Numbered from the stretch's first letter, positions 23,604-36,905 are shown. The stretch is DNA of 64,000 bases from Diplonema japonicum (GCA_964019335.1 OZ025656.1:124001-188000); one strand, 5' to 3'. Translations and numbers: made by a program. Notes: generated from the letters alone by a model not told the origin.

Positions 23604-24219
23604 GTTCGATAAATGAAGGCGATGATAAAGTGGGGGTAGACTTTATCATTCTTTCTCTCTTAGTTCTGGTTTCGATTCTTTGGACACCCTTCCCCCCCCC
23701 CCCCCCCTTTCTTTTTTGGGGTGAAAACCGCCAGACAAACGGTGGTTTTTGTTTTTGTTTCGTTTCTCTTCACGGCTCCGCAGCAGGCTTCCTGTGTGTA
23801 GCAAAAAAAACAAAAAAAAAGTTGGCGGAGGGGAAGAAATAAATAGGAAAAAGTTGACCCGAAGTAAGTCAGCGGCCCCGTCCTACGCCGGGGAGACTGG
23901 CCTTTCAACAACCTCTTTTAACGCTATTTTCTTACTTTGTTTTATATGTCTTTCCCCCCCCCCCCCCCCCCTCTATCGGGCAACCACGCACGGGTACGAC
24001 GGGCACACTAGGCCTTCCTTTTTGTTTTTTTTTTCTTTTTTTTCCCTTTCTCCCTCTTTCCCCCCTGTAGGGAGGCGAAAGACGAAAAAAAAAAAGAAGA
24101 TGAAGAAAAAGGGAAGAATATCTTTGATCTGGGAATGAAAAGCAAAAAAAAATCTCTCGTCATAAAACCCCCCCCATTTAAAACATTTCTGCCCCCACAA
24201 CCACGTCCATTCCAGGGGG

Positions 24220-27200
24220 ATGAAATCATATGAGGCGATTCTGTCTAAGCATGGAGTGATCCCACACGTACGCGATGAGGACAGCCCCACAGTAAGGAAA
24301 GGTGGCCTAATGCACGGAAGAGACGCTGCAGTTGAGCTCCTGCACGTGATTCAAGAACACCTAGACGACGTCAAAGCCCGGTTCGGAACAAAGAAACACA
24401 ACGCAGAGGGTATCGTGAACATCCTTGCCGGTGAAGTGCAGCGGGTTGCCGGTGAGACGAACCCCGATGGGGTCCCATACTACACCTTAGTGGAAGCTGT
24501 TGTTAAAGCGGCAGAGCCATCTGCTTCGAAGAAGCTACATTGGGACGATGTGTTGAACTTCATGATCGACGCGGGCATGCAAGGATTCACCGCCGACCTT
24601 CCTGACACGTTTAAAGGCTTCACCGAAGTCCTTCCCTTCAACGGTAGCAACCTTGTTGCCTTCCAGATGCTGGTGTACGTCCCTGAGCGCAAGATGATCC
24701 TTGGGAATGAGTTCGGGCACCAACTCCGGTGGATCGACCCCGCGGCAGACTACCTCATCCACGACACAGTCATGACATGTGCCCCTACCGAAGCACGCAC
24801 AGCACCCCCTGCCATCATCTCCTACGACTACCTCCACTCACAAAAATGCATTGTCGTCGGTTGCGGAGACCTTTCCATCGTGCTCTTCAGCATCTCGGGC
24901 AAGCTCATCTACAGACACCACGTCGACACCACCATGACAGCCGTCCGATGTCTTAAAGGCAAGCTTTACACAGGCGATCGTGATGGCAAAGTCTGGTTCT
25001 GGAGCCTCAAACGGGAGTACCCTGCTGGTGGACTGGCGGAAAAGGCGAAGGCTGGTAACGTGGCGTTGGGTGCCATCCCCATACCCGTCCCTACCATCAA
25101 GGCGCCTGCCCACGAAGCTGCTGTCACTGACATCCGGTGGCTTGAGTCCCGCCACTGCCTCATCACGTCGTCAACAGACCAAACCATCACCATCCTGTCT
25201 CCAGAGGGCAAGGTCGTCCGTTCCCTCAGGTAGGTGTGCTTAGCTCTTATTTACCACCACACTAGGCACGCCAACGGGTCACCTATTTCCGGCCTGGCCT
25301 TCTCTGAGATGTGTGACATGCTCCTCAGGTATGACACTCACCTTAACCTATTTACACACAGCTACGGCAGCAGCACCGACCCATACGTGTGGCGTCTGTC
25401 CAACACAGAGCACAAGCCTTTCAAACTGACAGATTCGCAAAAGCCGCATGTCTGCTCCCTCAGTGGCATTCAGTGTGTTGATGGAACTACGCAGGTTATC
25501 AGCTGCGACATCCGTGGGATGGTGAAGGTGTGGTGCTTGAGATCCTTTGCGTGTCTGCAGACTCTGCAGTGTGGAGTGGTCGTTAACTCCGTCAAAGGCC
25601 AGCTCAGTCCAGCAAAGTCGCTCACCATCATCCCCGAGCAGCGGCAAATTGTAGTGGCGAACACAATGCGTGCGTGGGTGTTTGAGTACGATGCGATGGT
25701 GGGGAACTCTCTTGGGCTGCGGCAGTCGGCTCATGACTCAACAGTCGCTGCTATGGAATACAACCCGGCGGACAACACAATGGTTACCTTTGCGGGGTAC
25801 ACCGTGAGCGTGTGGTGCCTCACGACTGGGAAGCAGCTCGCGAGGTACGACCTACCGCACGAGGTGACTAGTGGCTGTCTGACAGAAGACGGGATCCACT
25901 TCATTGTTGGCAGGCCGCTTGGGCTGCTGTCCGTGTACAACCTGGCGTCGGGGAAGTGGATACGGGACCTTGCAAGCTGCCACACGTCAGACATCACGAC
26001 TGTAACCATGTGCAAGGGGAAGCGCGCAGTGCTGAGCACAGCGTGGGACGGGACGGTGTTCTTGACAACACTTGACGAGCATAGGTTCCCCAATTCTGCA
26101 GAGGCTGGTGTTGAAAATGGTTCAGGATGGGCACCCAGCGGGCGAAGCCCCCATCATGGATACGAGAACCTGAATGACAAGCCTGTGGACGGGAAGTGCG
26201 GGGCATACTCCGCCACTTTGGGGCTGTGTGCTGTTGGCGATGTTAAAGATTCGGTCACCTTGTGGGGCACACCCAAGGACACAACCATCGACCTAAGGGC
26301 CTTTGCAAAATGTCAATCAGAAAATGCTGCGCTAGCCGCAGATGCTGCCGTCCTGCGTGAGGTAACATCAGTCCACTTCGTCTCTCCTTACCCTGTCCTT
26401 GTGTCCTCCAATTCGATAGGGCACATTCATGTCTTCTCTGTTGCGCCATATCCATATCCCAACCAGTGCCTCTCCTGGTGGTCCAACACTGCCTCCCAGA
26501 GAGGTTCAAAAACCGTCATAGGTGTTTCCTGTTTGTGTCTGATGAAGGCTTACGACAGTATTCTACTGTACTCGGGTGACGACGAAGGGTACGTTTCTTG
26601 CTACAACATTGGTCTGGTGCTTCGCGAGTATGGGATCATGGGTAGGAAGATTATCCCGGAACCGTACCCGGACCCATCAAAGCATTCAGTACATGTGGTG
26701 CAGAGATGGCGTAGCCATGCCGGGGGAGTGCATAGTCTTGTGTGTGTGGAAGAACGGAGTGTGATAGTGAGCTGCAGTAGTGATAGACAGGTTGCCGTGT
26801 GGTCCATGAACGGCGTTCTTGTTGGGTCGTTGGACCAAAATGGAACTGCGCCGTATGGGATAATGCCTGGCAGGGTGGACATTGCGGAGGGCATGATGAA
26901 ACCTGCTGATTACGACGAGCGGAGCGACGTGTGCAAAGAACCGGAGACACCGCTGTCTGGCGACTTTGATTTCCCGTCCACTGTGCAGAGCACGAAGCCG
27001 TCGCTTAAGATCCAACCGAAGTTCAGGATGGGGCCAGGGTCAGTGCGGAGGGGATCGCGTCGCTCAACATCGAAACGTGGAAGCAAACTGGGCTTCGGGG
27101 AGACAGGAAGCAGGAAACAAAGTATAGGCGGATGGACCGCACAGATGGAAGCAGCTTCTGTGAAGTTCAACGTGCCAAATGACGCTGCTTCTGTGGGTGA

Positions 27201-27738
27201 CACTGCTTTGCCAAAGTCGCCAAAATCACCGAGATCTCCAAAGCCAAGGTTACCAACGTTAGCAAGCCAACGGGGAGGGGGCAGTGTGAAGTCGTTTGGG
27301 AGCAGGAGGAGCAAGCACCTTACATCGCCGACATCCCCCTCACCACCGTCGCTGTCGGCAAGACGAGAAAGTGCTGCTCGGCCGCCTTCTTTAATGCGCA
27401 ATGAGTCGACTCGGTTCCTCCCCGAAGGCTACTTGTCGATCCTGTCGGGCTCCTCCGATGACGGCCTGCAGCCTTCCATGTTGACCATGTCAGGCACACC
27501 GAACAAAGACGTGCTCGAGTCTCCTTCATTGTCTTCCTTCCTACCACCCGGCAGCCTCGAGTACCACACTAAAATGAAGCAGCCGCCCAAACCCACTCTA
27601 CAAGTTGAGATCACGAACCGCCTGACAGGGCAGTCTAAGGTCCTGCTCCTCAACAACACACCGAAAAAGAAGAAACCGCCCCCCAAGCCTTCATTACCTT
27701 GGTGGGAAGAGCTAGAACAGTTCCAGCTTCCTGTGTGA
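24220..27738 (+). CDS. WD40-repeat protein with a degenerate EF-hand (WDR49/CFAP337-like); 3 exons
   Basis: Multiple WD repeats plus LHWDDVLNFMID. Intron 25230-25265 removes the TAG at 25231. A second, in-frame intron lies at 25329-25361. Confidence 0.75.
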
Positions 27739-28141
27739 ACATTTTTTTTTTTTTTAAATACTTATACTTATAACACGGATCGCTCCTTTGTGCTGAAAAG
27801 GTCCGTTGCTTATGCTCCTGTAAAGGTGTTCTCCCCCCCCCCCCCCCCCCCAGTCCCACAATTCAAAATGTTTTGTTATTCATTCACTTCGTTCTGTGTT
27901 CCCCATCTGTATCCTGTTTTTTTTTCTCCCCTCCCTTCCCTGTGTTTTTTGTTTAGTTCTTCTTTTAATTCTTGTAAGACAAGGACAGAAAAAAAAAAGA
28001 AGAATAAAAAACACCATCTTCCTTCACGACCGGGTTCGTCTACTTTGCGCCAAGTTGCTCTTATTTATTTTTATACTTATTCCCTTCCTTATGTTTTCGT
28101 ATCCATCACAGTCTCAGGCACACAGGGAGCTCGGCAGTAAG

Positions 28142-31100
28142 ATGGCTGCGGAAACATCGTCGAGTGCGATGATGGTGAAGTTCGAGACGAGGTCGAACAG
28201 AGTGAAGGGTCTGAGCTTCCACCCTAAGAGGCCGTGGATCTTGGCTTCGCTTCACAACGGTGCAATTCAGCTGTGGGACTACCGAATGGGTTCGCTCATC
28301 GACAGGTTTGAGGAGCACGACGGGCCTGTGAGAGGGATTGACTTCCATTCCAACCAGCCCCTCTTCGTGTCCGGTGGTGATGATTTCAAAATCAAACTGT
28401 GGAACTACAAGCTGAGGCGATGCCTCTTCACCCTCACAGGGCATCTTGACTATGTTCGTACTGTGCAGTTCCACAGCAGGCTTCCTTGGGTTGTCTCTGC
28501 TTCCGATGACCAGACTCTCCGTATCTGGAACTGGCAGGGTCGTTCTTGCATGAGCGTGCTCACAGGGCACAACCACTACGTCATGAGCGCGCAGTTCCAC
28601 CCCAGAAGGGACCTTGTGGTGTCCGCTTCGCTGGACCAGACCCTCCGCCTGTGGGACGTCTACCAGCTCAAGTCGCACAGCAGGAACCAGACCTTCGCGG
28701 GCAACATGACGCAAGACTTCTTCGGTGGGTCGGACGTCCAGCTGAAGTTCATGCTCGACGGGCACGAGAGGGGTGTGAACTACGCCTCATTCCATCCTAC
28801 ACTGCCCTTCATCGTGTCAGGTGCTGACGACAGGACCATCAAGATCTGGAGGGTTGAAGAGACTCGCGCCTACGAGATCGAGCACTTCAGGGGACACACC
28901 AGCAACGTGTCGTGCGTGATGTACTTCAAGGACTACGTGGTGTCCAACAGTGAGGACAGGTCCATCAGGGTGTGGGATGTGAAGACAAGGTCCCCCATCT
29001 ACGCGTCGAGAAGGGAGAACGACCGTTTCTGGATTCTTGCTGTGCACCAGGGCAGGAACCTCATTGCCGCAGGGCACGACACAGGAATGATCGTGTTCAA
29101 GCTTGAGCGTGAGCGTCCTGCTATGCAGATTGTGGACAACACCCTCTACTGGGTGAGGCAGAACTCTGGCGACAGGCAGCTCCGTGCCTACGACTTCGCC
29201 ACGAAGACTGAGACCCCTGTGCTGACGTTGAACCGCCGTCAGATCTACCCACCCCACACAATGTCTTTCTGCAAGGAGGAGAACATGGTGGTCTTCTACT
29301 ACGGCATGGACGGGGGCACCTTCGAGCTGTACCCTGTGGGCAAGAGCAGCGTGAGCAACGATGATGTCAGGAGGGGCTTCTACACATCTGCTGTGTTCTT
29401 CAAGCGCAACAAGTTCGCTGTGCTTGACAAAGGCCGCCAGATTATCATCAAGAACACCCAGAACAACATCCTGTCCGTGCTGCCCCCTGTGCACAACACC
29501 AACCAGATCTTCTGGGCCCCCAACAACATGTTGCTGCTAAGGAGCGACGACAAGGTCTACATGTTCGACCCCCACCTCAAGAACGTCACAGCGCAAGCGA
29601 CCGCGGCAAAGGTGAAGTACGTTGTGTGGTCACCCGACAAGGGCCAGTCCAAGGTGGCGCTTCTCTCCAAGCATGCCATCAGTGTCTTCACCAAAAAGGG
29701 TTTGAAGAGCGTGTGCTCCCTGCATGAGGGCAGCAGGATCAAGAGCGCCTGCTTCGACGAAAAGGCGATTGTGCTGTTGTACACCACTCTCAACCACATC
29801 AAGTACTGCCTCCCCAACGGCGACACCGGTACCATCGGGACCCTCGAGGCCCCCATCTACTTGGTCAGCGTGGAGAACAACGAAGTGTCCTACATCAACA
29901 GGGAGGGTGCCTTCTGCACCATGAAGCTCGACACCACCGAGTACCGCTTCAAGCTGGCTCTCCTCAATGAGAGGTGGAATGAGGTCCTCAAGATAGTGAA
30001 GACCACCCGCATCTATGGCCAGGCCCTTGTGTCGTACTTGCAGCAGAGGGGCTTCCCTGAGGTGGCCATGCATTTTGTGAAGGACCCCAAGATTAGGTTC
30101 AAGCTAGCTGTTGACTGCGGCAACCTGGATGACGCTTTGGAGTGCGCGGAGCAGTTGAAGAATGAGGAGGCATGGACGAAGCTTGCTCAGGCTGCTTTGG
30201 CTCACGGGAAGGTGCAGCTCATGAACACGTCGCTCTCCAAGACTGGCAGTGGCAACGCTTACCAGAAGCTGTCGTTCATGCACTTCCTGCTTGGTAACAA
30301 CGAGAAGTCGAGAGACTTTGCAGACATGCAGCGTGACGACGTCAACGTGAGGTTCCAGGCCGCGCTCTTCACCGGAGATGCTGAGGCAAGAGTGAAGCTG
30401 CTAGAGGAAGCCGGGCAGTTCACACTGGCGCATCAGGTGGCTGTCCGCCATGGCATGAAGGAGAAGGCAAACAGCTTACTGAGGCAGGCAGGCTCCGCAG
30501 TACAGGAGGCGATGGAGTTGCCACCTGTTGATGAAGATGAGGAGGATGAGGAGACTGAGGATATCCAGATGACAAGGTCGCGCATGGAGATGAAGGCGAA
30601 GGAGAAGGCGTTCGAAGTGGCGGGCTTGATGTCGTCTGTGACAGGCTCAGTGCTGCAGCTACCTACCAACAGAGCCATCAGCAGCGACTGGCCGATGACT
30701 CGCATTGACGAGAGCCCAGTGATGGTGGCTCTCAGGAAAGGCATCACTGACAGCCCCACTGCCGAGCCCTTCGGGGGTGGTGGTGGTGGTGGTGGTGAAG
30801 GCGACTGGGCAGGAGGTGACCTGGACGACCTTGACTCGTCCCCTGGCGAGTGGAAGACGGGCGATGTGGGCGGCGACTCTCTCTCCAGCGACTCGGGAGC
30901 ATTGGGCGACGAGTGGGGTATGGACGACAACCTCATCGAAGTCGAGGCCGACGACATCTTGGTCGCTGGGAAGGGCGACAAGATGCCCAGCTCAGGCAGG
31001 AGCATCCCCAAGCTGTGGTGCGAGAACTCCAAGCACGCTGTGGACCACATCGCTGCTGGGAACTTCGAGTCTGGGATGAAGCTCATGAAGACTCAGTTCG

Positions 31101-32031
31101 GCATCAAGGACTTCACCCCACTGAAGGACTACTTCATGCAATGCTTCATCTCTGCCACTGGGACCTCTACCATGCCTGGTCTTCTCCCCTCTCACCTGAG
31201 CTACCAGAACAGGTCTGACCAACTGCCGCTGGGTGCCATCTCTTTGGCCGCCGTTCAGGAGAGATGCAAGGCTGCTGGTAAGCTAACCACAGAAGGGAAA
31301 TTCAGTGAGGCGTACAAGGCGTGCCGCACGGCGCTGCAGCTTTCAGTATTCTTGGTTTGCAACGAGCAGGAGGCTGTGGAGAAGGCTAACCTGGTGAAGA
31401 AGGCAAGGAACTACGGGAGCGCGTGCTCGGTCCATGTTGCGAGGAGCTCCATGACAGACTCGGTGAAGTGCGGTGAGATGGCTGCGTACTTCACGCACTT
31501 CGAGATGGAGCCCAACCACATGGCACTGGCACTCAAGTTTGCCATGCTTGATACGTACAAAAGGAAGTTCTTCAACACTTCGGCTAAACTCGCTAAGAGG
31601 CTGCTGGACTTCAGCCCGGACTCCAAGCTTATGTTGCAAGCGAAGAAGGTGTTGGCGAATGGAGAGGTAAAGGATGATGAACAACCTGTATGGCACACCA
31701 TGCACGCTACAACTCCACACCACACACACAGCTCAACTACGATGCCCGCAACCCGTTTGAGGTGTGCATCAAGTCCTGGGAGCCCATGTACGCGGTATGT
31801 ATTATGAAAGTTTGCTTGTAGTAATTTCTTTTTGTACCTCCAGGGTACCGTGACGCCCATCAGGTGCAGTTGCTGCCAGGCCCCTGCTATGCCTAAGTTC
31901 AATGGTATGAAAAAAAAAAGGGTGATGGAAAGGGGAACCTTTTTTTTTTTAAAGGTGAACTCTGCGACATTTGCAAGATCGGTGAGTTAGGTAGGGACGC
32001 TACGGGTCCCCCGAAGCCTCAGAGCTGGTGA
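28142..32031 (+). CDS. COPA: Coatomer subunit alpha; 4 exons
   Basis: KFETRSNRVKGLSFHPKRPWILASLHNG, WD40 propellers, and AVDHIAAG. Introns 31688-31731, 31795-31843 and 31905-31954 restore the C-terminal LNYDARNPF...CSCC...CDIC module. Confidence 0.97.
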
Positions 32032-32849
32032 GCAAAAAGGGGACAGTAAATAAAAAAAAAAAAAGAAGGGGAAAAAAAAATATATATATAAAATATGGAA
32101 CTCAGCAGAACATTGTAGATTTCTTATCTGTATGATGTTTGGTGTCGTCTCATAAGAAGGAAAAAAAAAAAAAAAAAAGAAAAAAAGAGAGATTAGTGTT
32201 TTCGGATCGGTATCTTTCGGGGTTTTTTGTTTTTTTTTTGTTTTTTACTTCTCCCTTTTCTTTGTCGTTCCCCTCCCCCAACAAAAAAAAATGCCAACTT
32301 TTATTTCGCATCTCGTCCCTTAAGAGGGAAGGAAAAAGACAGGACAACAGGAGGGGGAATAGGTTCAATGAAATACAAGAGTGTTAATCCCCTCCCCTTC
32401 CCCCTTCCCCCTTCCCCCTTCCCCCCCCCCCCCCCCCTTCTCTGCTTCATGTTAACAACATTTGTCTTTCGCCTCCTCTGGCTTATTGCTGAACTGAAAC
32501 TAAGAAGAGGGGCCAGCCAAAGGGATTGAGAAACCAGCAATTGCCCCTCCCCCAATTCCTTGTGAGAAGTACACGCAAGATTCTTTTTATTTTATTTTTC
32601 TTTACTTCATGACCAGTCTATCCCCCCTGCCCGTCCCTCTTTTTTTTCTTCTTTTTTTTGTCCCCCATTTCTTTTTATTCTGAGCTATTTGGCAAAACTG
32701 ACAAAAAGAAAGAGGGGTGGAGAACCGCTAAATCTTATTTTTGTTTGCGGGTAAACCAAAACAAAAGGGGGTTGGGGTGAAGTGATGCGAAAAATATAAA
32801 AAAAAATATACATAAAAAAAAAACTCTTTTTCATATCAACACGAAAAAG

Positions 32850-35800
32850 ATGAGCAGTGCCACTAATGTAACAGAATACATAGTGAAGCAAGGCATACAG
32901 AAATGTGTGGATAGTGGAAGCAACAGCACGGTGTGTTCGGTCCCTACGGCGACAGCGTATTTGGAGGATGGGAACGAAGGGAACACAGAGATTGCCTTAG
33001 CGATGATGTGCATCGGTGTGGTTTGGTGTGCTGGGTGGGTCGTGATCGCAAAGTACACAGTCGAAGATGGGTACTTGGAGGGTACGCGTTGCGTTGAGAG
33101 CCGCGACTCGCCCACACAGCGATCTGTTCTCTCTTTTGTGATTTTTGCACTTGAGATGCCGCAGCTCATGGCCGTGTCCTTCAGCCTTGCCCTTTCCAAC
33201 GGTTACTCCACCAGCATGTCCTCCATACAGGAGACCCTCCACTACTGGCTCCTCATCGTACCTGGTGAACGAGAACCTGTCTTCTTCACTCTTATCCTCT
33301 TCGTTGCCTTTGCAACCCTACTCCTCTATTACCCTGTGTTCCTCGCGGTCATCTCACCTAAAAGGTACACAGCATTCGTCGAGGCGCTCTCCTATGGGCA
33401 CGTGCTTGTATTGGAGTGGACTCGTGATGTTTATCTTTATGTTGTGCCCTTGCCTGTGTTCGTTCATCTTGTTTACCCTTACTTCTGTTCCTATTACGAG
33501 GAGGCTCCTCTTGGTCTTGGTGAGGACCCCACTATGTACGGGTACACAGACATTAAGTGCTGGGGCGACGCGCACTTCACACGGATGGTTATCGGGCTGA
33601 TCTTTTTCGCGATCTACTACGCCGGGTCCCTTGCGGCCAGTGCCATTCCTGTTATGGTTCGGAAAACAACGGACCTCCAGGTCCACGGACGGTACACAGC
33701 GGCCACCATTCAGATCAAGCTGTGGCTTGCCTTGATGCTGTGCGGGTTCGGTCGGAACCACAAATGGTGGCACTTGATGACTACCCTGCCTGCGTTGGTG
33801 TCCCTCTTCGCTCTTGGGATCACCATGCGGCCCTACCTAGTCGAGAGGGTCAATTTCCAAAGAGCATGCATGTGCATGTTCTCTGTCTGGGTTTGCATTG
33901 CGAACATCTTCGTCGCCGGGATGGATGACCCCACCGCCACCACGCCCTTGCGCATGGCAGTCTTCGGAACGCTGATACTATTCTTCATGTGCGCGATACG
34001 CTACATCCTCATCCCTGAGACAAAGGTCTTCCCCCCCATTGCATCTGAGGGTGGCACGTATGAAGGTGGTATCTCTCTCGGCACCTTATGGCGACACGGG
34101 TACGGAACACAGCACTGGGAAGACAAGGCAGAGTACGTGGGCTCCTGGTGGCTCGGGGAGATCACTGGGAAGGGGGTCTTACGGCTCGCCAACCTGATGT
34201 ACTACGAAGGCCACTGGATCAAGGGGAACAGGCATGGGTTTGGAAAGACAACCATCGTAGGCGACGACGAGGTGGAGTACGAGGGATACTTCAAAAACGA
34301 CGTGTTCGAAGGCTTCGGGAAGAAGACGTATAAAGACAGGGAAGTGTACGAAGGCTCGTGGCACAAAGGGAAAGAGCACGGGCGGGGTGTGTGGCACTTT
34401 AGCGATGGGTCGACCTTGCACGCCATATGGGTCGACGGGCTGATCACGCTGCCGGACGACGCTCACCTCACGAAAGATGTGGTGCAGGGCCCCAAGCGGT
34501 ACGGTGTGCAACACGGCTTGGGGAAAAGAACCTACGAAGACGGAGGCCTCTATGAAGGGTCGTTCTGTGCAGGGGCACGCCATGGCGACGGGCACATGAA
34601 GTATGCTGATGGGTCCGAGTACATGGGCTCCTGGTCAAACAACATGCGCCATGGCGAAGGTGTGCAAGAAGAGCTCAATGGCGACAGCTACGATGGGTAC
34701 TTCAAGAACGATAAGCCCGATGGGTACGGTGCGCACACGACTGACGAGGTTTACGAAGGGAACTTCCAGAACGGCATCCGCACTGGATATGGGAAGTGCA
34801 CCTCCCCCGACGGCACGTCTTACGTGGGTTCATGGCAAGACGGGATGTACTCTGGCATGGGTCTTGTGATCTACCCCAACTCCGATGAGTACGAAGGCTC
34901 GTGGCTGAAGGGCAAGCGCCATGGTAACCCAGGTTCGTATCGGTTCAGTAACGGCGACGTGTACCATGGGGAGTTTGTGGGGGACACTCTCAACGGGGAA
35001 GGTGAGCTTATTCTCGCGGACGTGGGCACCTACAATGGCCCCTTCAAAGATGGGAAACGAGAGGGGAAGGGCGTCTTCGAGTGGCTCGACGGCTCAATCT
35101 ACGAAGGGGAGTGGTCCTCCAGCAGGATGAACGGACAAGGCGTCATGAGCTTCCGATCTGACCTACCAGTATCGTCCATCAGGGATGCGTCGATCTCTGT
35201 GAGTATCTTCATGAGCAGCCCCGACGACGAGGATCCTGTACCCCACGAGGATGCTGTTGCAAGAAGTGCAGGCGGTGCCCCGGTGTTGGTTGGCATTGTA
35301 GGGGGTAAGTACGAGGGAACATGGGCAGACGGCAAGATGCACGGCTCGGGGAAAGTGGTGTTTGCGGATGGCTCGCACTACGAAGGTGACTGGGCGTTCA
35401 ACCGCCCGCAAGGGAAAGGCACCCGCCACTATGCATCGGGTGACGTCTACAAGGGGGCCTGGCACGACGGACGCAGGCAGGGGATAGGGGAGCTTACACA
35501 TCTCGACGGGAGGGTCTTCTTGGGGCAGTTCGCTAATGACTTGCGTCATGGCGCCGGTAAGCTGTCGCACACGAGCAGCAGCAATGTGACGCGCGGGTAC
35601 TGGCACAACGACATGTACGTGGGACCGTCACTGGAACACTTCACCGCGTCATGCGCCAAGCCAGCCTTCCACCCATTGATGCCTGAAGTAGCGGCCACCG
35701 AGACGGAGTCAGTACCCCCGACGCTAGACGGTACCTGCCATGAATTCGAGAGCATCGGGATCCCTGCCCCCATCGACACCCTCGCACTGGAAGAACCTGA

Positions 35801-36905
35801 AACAGTATTGAACAAAGAGCCGAAGCTTGAGAAATTAATGACACAGGAAGCCCAGGCTGAAGAAGCACAAGAGGGAGGGGAGGCACGGGTCATTGTGACT
35901 GAAGAACCTGAAAAAGCACATGAAGAAGCACAACCGCGAGAAGAAGATGAAGCGGAACAACAGGCTGTGCCGGTGGAGGGAGGGGAACAAATTGCAAAGC
36001 GGGAAAAGGCCAAAAAGAAGAAAAAGAAAGACCGGAAAAAGAAAGAAAAACTCGCAACTGCGTCGCCGTCCCCATCCGCAACTCCACCAAAACATGCTGA
36101 GACACCAGAAACATCACCCGACCAAGCCGAAATGCTACCAGCACAGGCATCACCGACACAGGCTGAGACACCAGAAACATCACCAGCTCGAGCCGAGATG
36201 CCGGCGCTAGCTGAGGAATTACCAGCGCAGACGGAGACACCATCGACGCTGACACTACCAGCACCAGGCCAAGATGAGACTCCACCGACACAAGCCGAAG
36301 AATTACCAGCACAAAACGAGACATCGACGCAAGCCGAGACTGAGACACCACCGACACAATTACCACACGTCGAGCCGAGACCATCAACACAGACTGAGAC
36401 ACCACAAAATGAGGAATTACCAGCCCAAACTGGGGAACTACCAGCTCAAGTTGAAGCAGTGCCGCCTGTACAAGCCGAGGTGTCAGCCCAAGATGAAATA
36501 CCAGTTGAGGCACCACCAGCACAGGCTGAAGCACTGCAAACACAGACAGAACCAGTACTCCCTGAGCAAGCTGAAGCGTCGCTAGTGGAGACACCAGCAC
36601 CAGCAGAACCTGAGACCACATCAACACAGGCCGAAGAAGCACCACAACAAGATGTGCAAGTAAAAGAGAAAAAGGAATTAAAGCAGGAAGCGGAAGAGAC
36701 GCAAGGGCAGGAAAGCGTGCCACCAGCAGAGGGGGCACAGGCAGAACCAAAAGAGAGTGAAGTGCAACCTGTGCCTGAGGCTGCGGAAGCCGGAGTGCCG
36801 AAGGCAGAAGACTCTGCAATTAATGAAGAAATACAACCCTCGCCCGTAGCCCAGCCCAAAAACGGCGAGGCACTTTCCGAAGGGCATCCCGAACCCCAGG
36901 AATAG
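32850..36905 (+). CDS. Polytopic membrane protein with a long MORN-repeat array and acidic Pro/Thr/Glu-rich tail
   Basis: About 8-9 hydrophobic segments in the first ~390 aa, then about 20 YxGxW/F..G..HGxG MORN repeats, then QAETP-type repeats. Confidence 0.85.
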   Translation: MSSATNVTEYIVKQGIQKCVDSGSNSTVCSVPTATAYLEDGNEGNTEIALAMMCIGVVWCAGWVVIAKYTVEDGYLEGTRCVESRDSPTQRSVLSFVIFALEMPQLMAVSFSLALSNGYSTSMSSIQETLHYWLLIVPGEREPVFFTLILFVAFATLLLYYPVFLAVISPKRYTAFVEALSYGHVLVLEWTRDVYLYVVPLPVFVHLVYPYFCSYYEEAPLGLGEDPTMYGYTDIKCWGDAHFTRMVIGLIFFAIYYAGSLAASAIPVMVRKTTDLQVHGRYTAATIQIKLWLALMLCGFGRNHKWWHLMTTLPALVSLFALGITMRPYLVERVNFQRACMCMFSVWVCIANIFVAGMDDPTATTPLRMAVFGTLILFFMCAIRYILIPETKVFPPIASEGGTYEGGISLGTLWRHGYGTQHWEDKAEYVGSWWLGEITGKGVLRLANLMYYEGHWIKGNRHGFGKTTIVGDDEVEYEGYFKNDVFEGFGKKTYKDREVYEGSWHKGKEHGRGVWHFSDGSTLHAIWVDGLITLPDDAHLTKDVVQGPKRYGVQHGLGKRTYEDGGLYEGSFCAGARHGDGHMKYADGSEYMGSWSNNMRHGEGVQEELNGDSYDGYFKNDKPDGYGAHTTDEVYEGNFQNGIRTGYGKCTSPDGTSYVGSWQDGMYSGMGLVIYPNSDEYEGSWLKGKRHGNPGSYRFSNGDVYHGEFVGDTLNGEGELILADVGTYNGPFKDGKREGKGVFEWLDGSIYEGEWSSSRMNGQGVMSFRSDLPVSSIRDASISVSIFMSSPDDEDPVPHEDAVARSAGGAPVLVGIVGGKYEGTWADGKMHGSGKVVFADGSHYEGDWAFNRPQGKGTRHYASGDVYKGAWHDGRRQGIGELTHLDGRVFLGQFANDLRHGAGKLSHTSSSNVTRGYWHNDMYVGPSLEHFTASCAKPAFHPLMPEVAATETESVPPTLDGTCHEFESIGIPAPIDTLALEEPETVLNKEPKLEKLMTQEAQAEEAQEGGEARVIVTEEPEKAHEEAQPREEDEAEQQAVPVEGGEQIAKREKAKKKKKKDRKKKEKLATASPSPSATPPKHAETPETSPDQAEMLPAQASPTQAETPETSPARAEMPALAEELPAQTETPSTLTLPAPGQDETPPTQAEELPAQNETSTQAETETPPTQLPHVEPRPSTQTETPQNEELPAQTGELPAQVEAVPPVQAEVSAQDEIPVEAPPAQAEALQTQTEPVLPEQAEASLVETPAPAEPETTSTQAEEAPQQDVQVKEKKELKQEAEETQGQESVPPAEGAQAEPKESEVQPVPEAAEAGVPKAEDSAINEEIQPSPVAQPKNGEALSEGHPEPQE

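Noticed and set aside
25228-25236. TAG between two in-frame ORFs, suggesting readthrough or stop-codon reassignment
   Set aside because: The TAG lies inside a 36-nt GT-AG intron (25230-25265). TAA, TAG and TGA all terminate genes normally in this window.
27896-28141. N-terminal extensions on COPA (and KARI 4104-4331, PP2A-A 15157-15207, RlmI-like 36910-37047)
   Set aside because: Low-complexity upstream sequence opened from alternative starts. Homology or the presequence begins at the later ATG.
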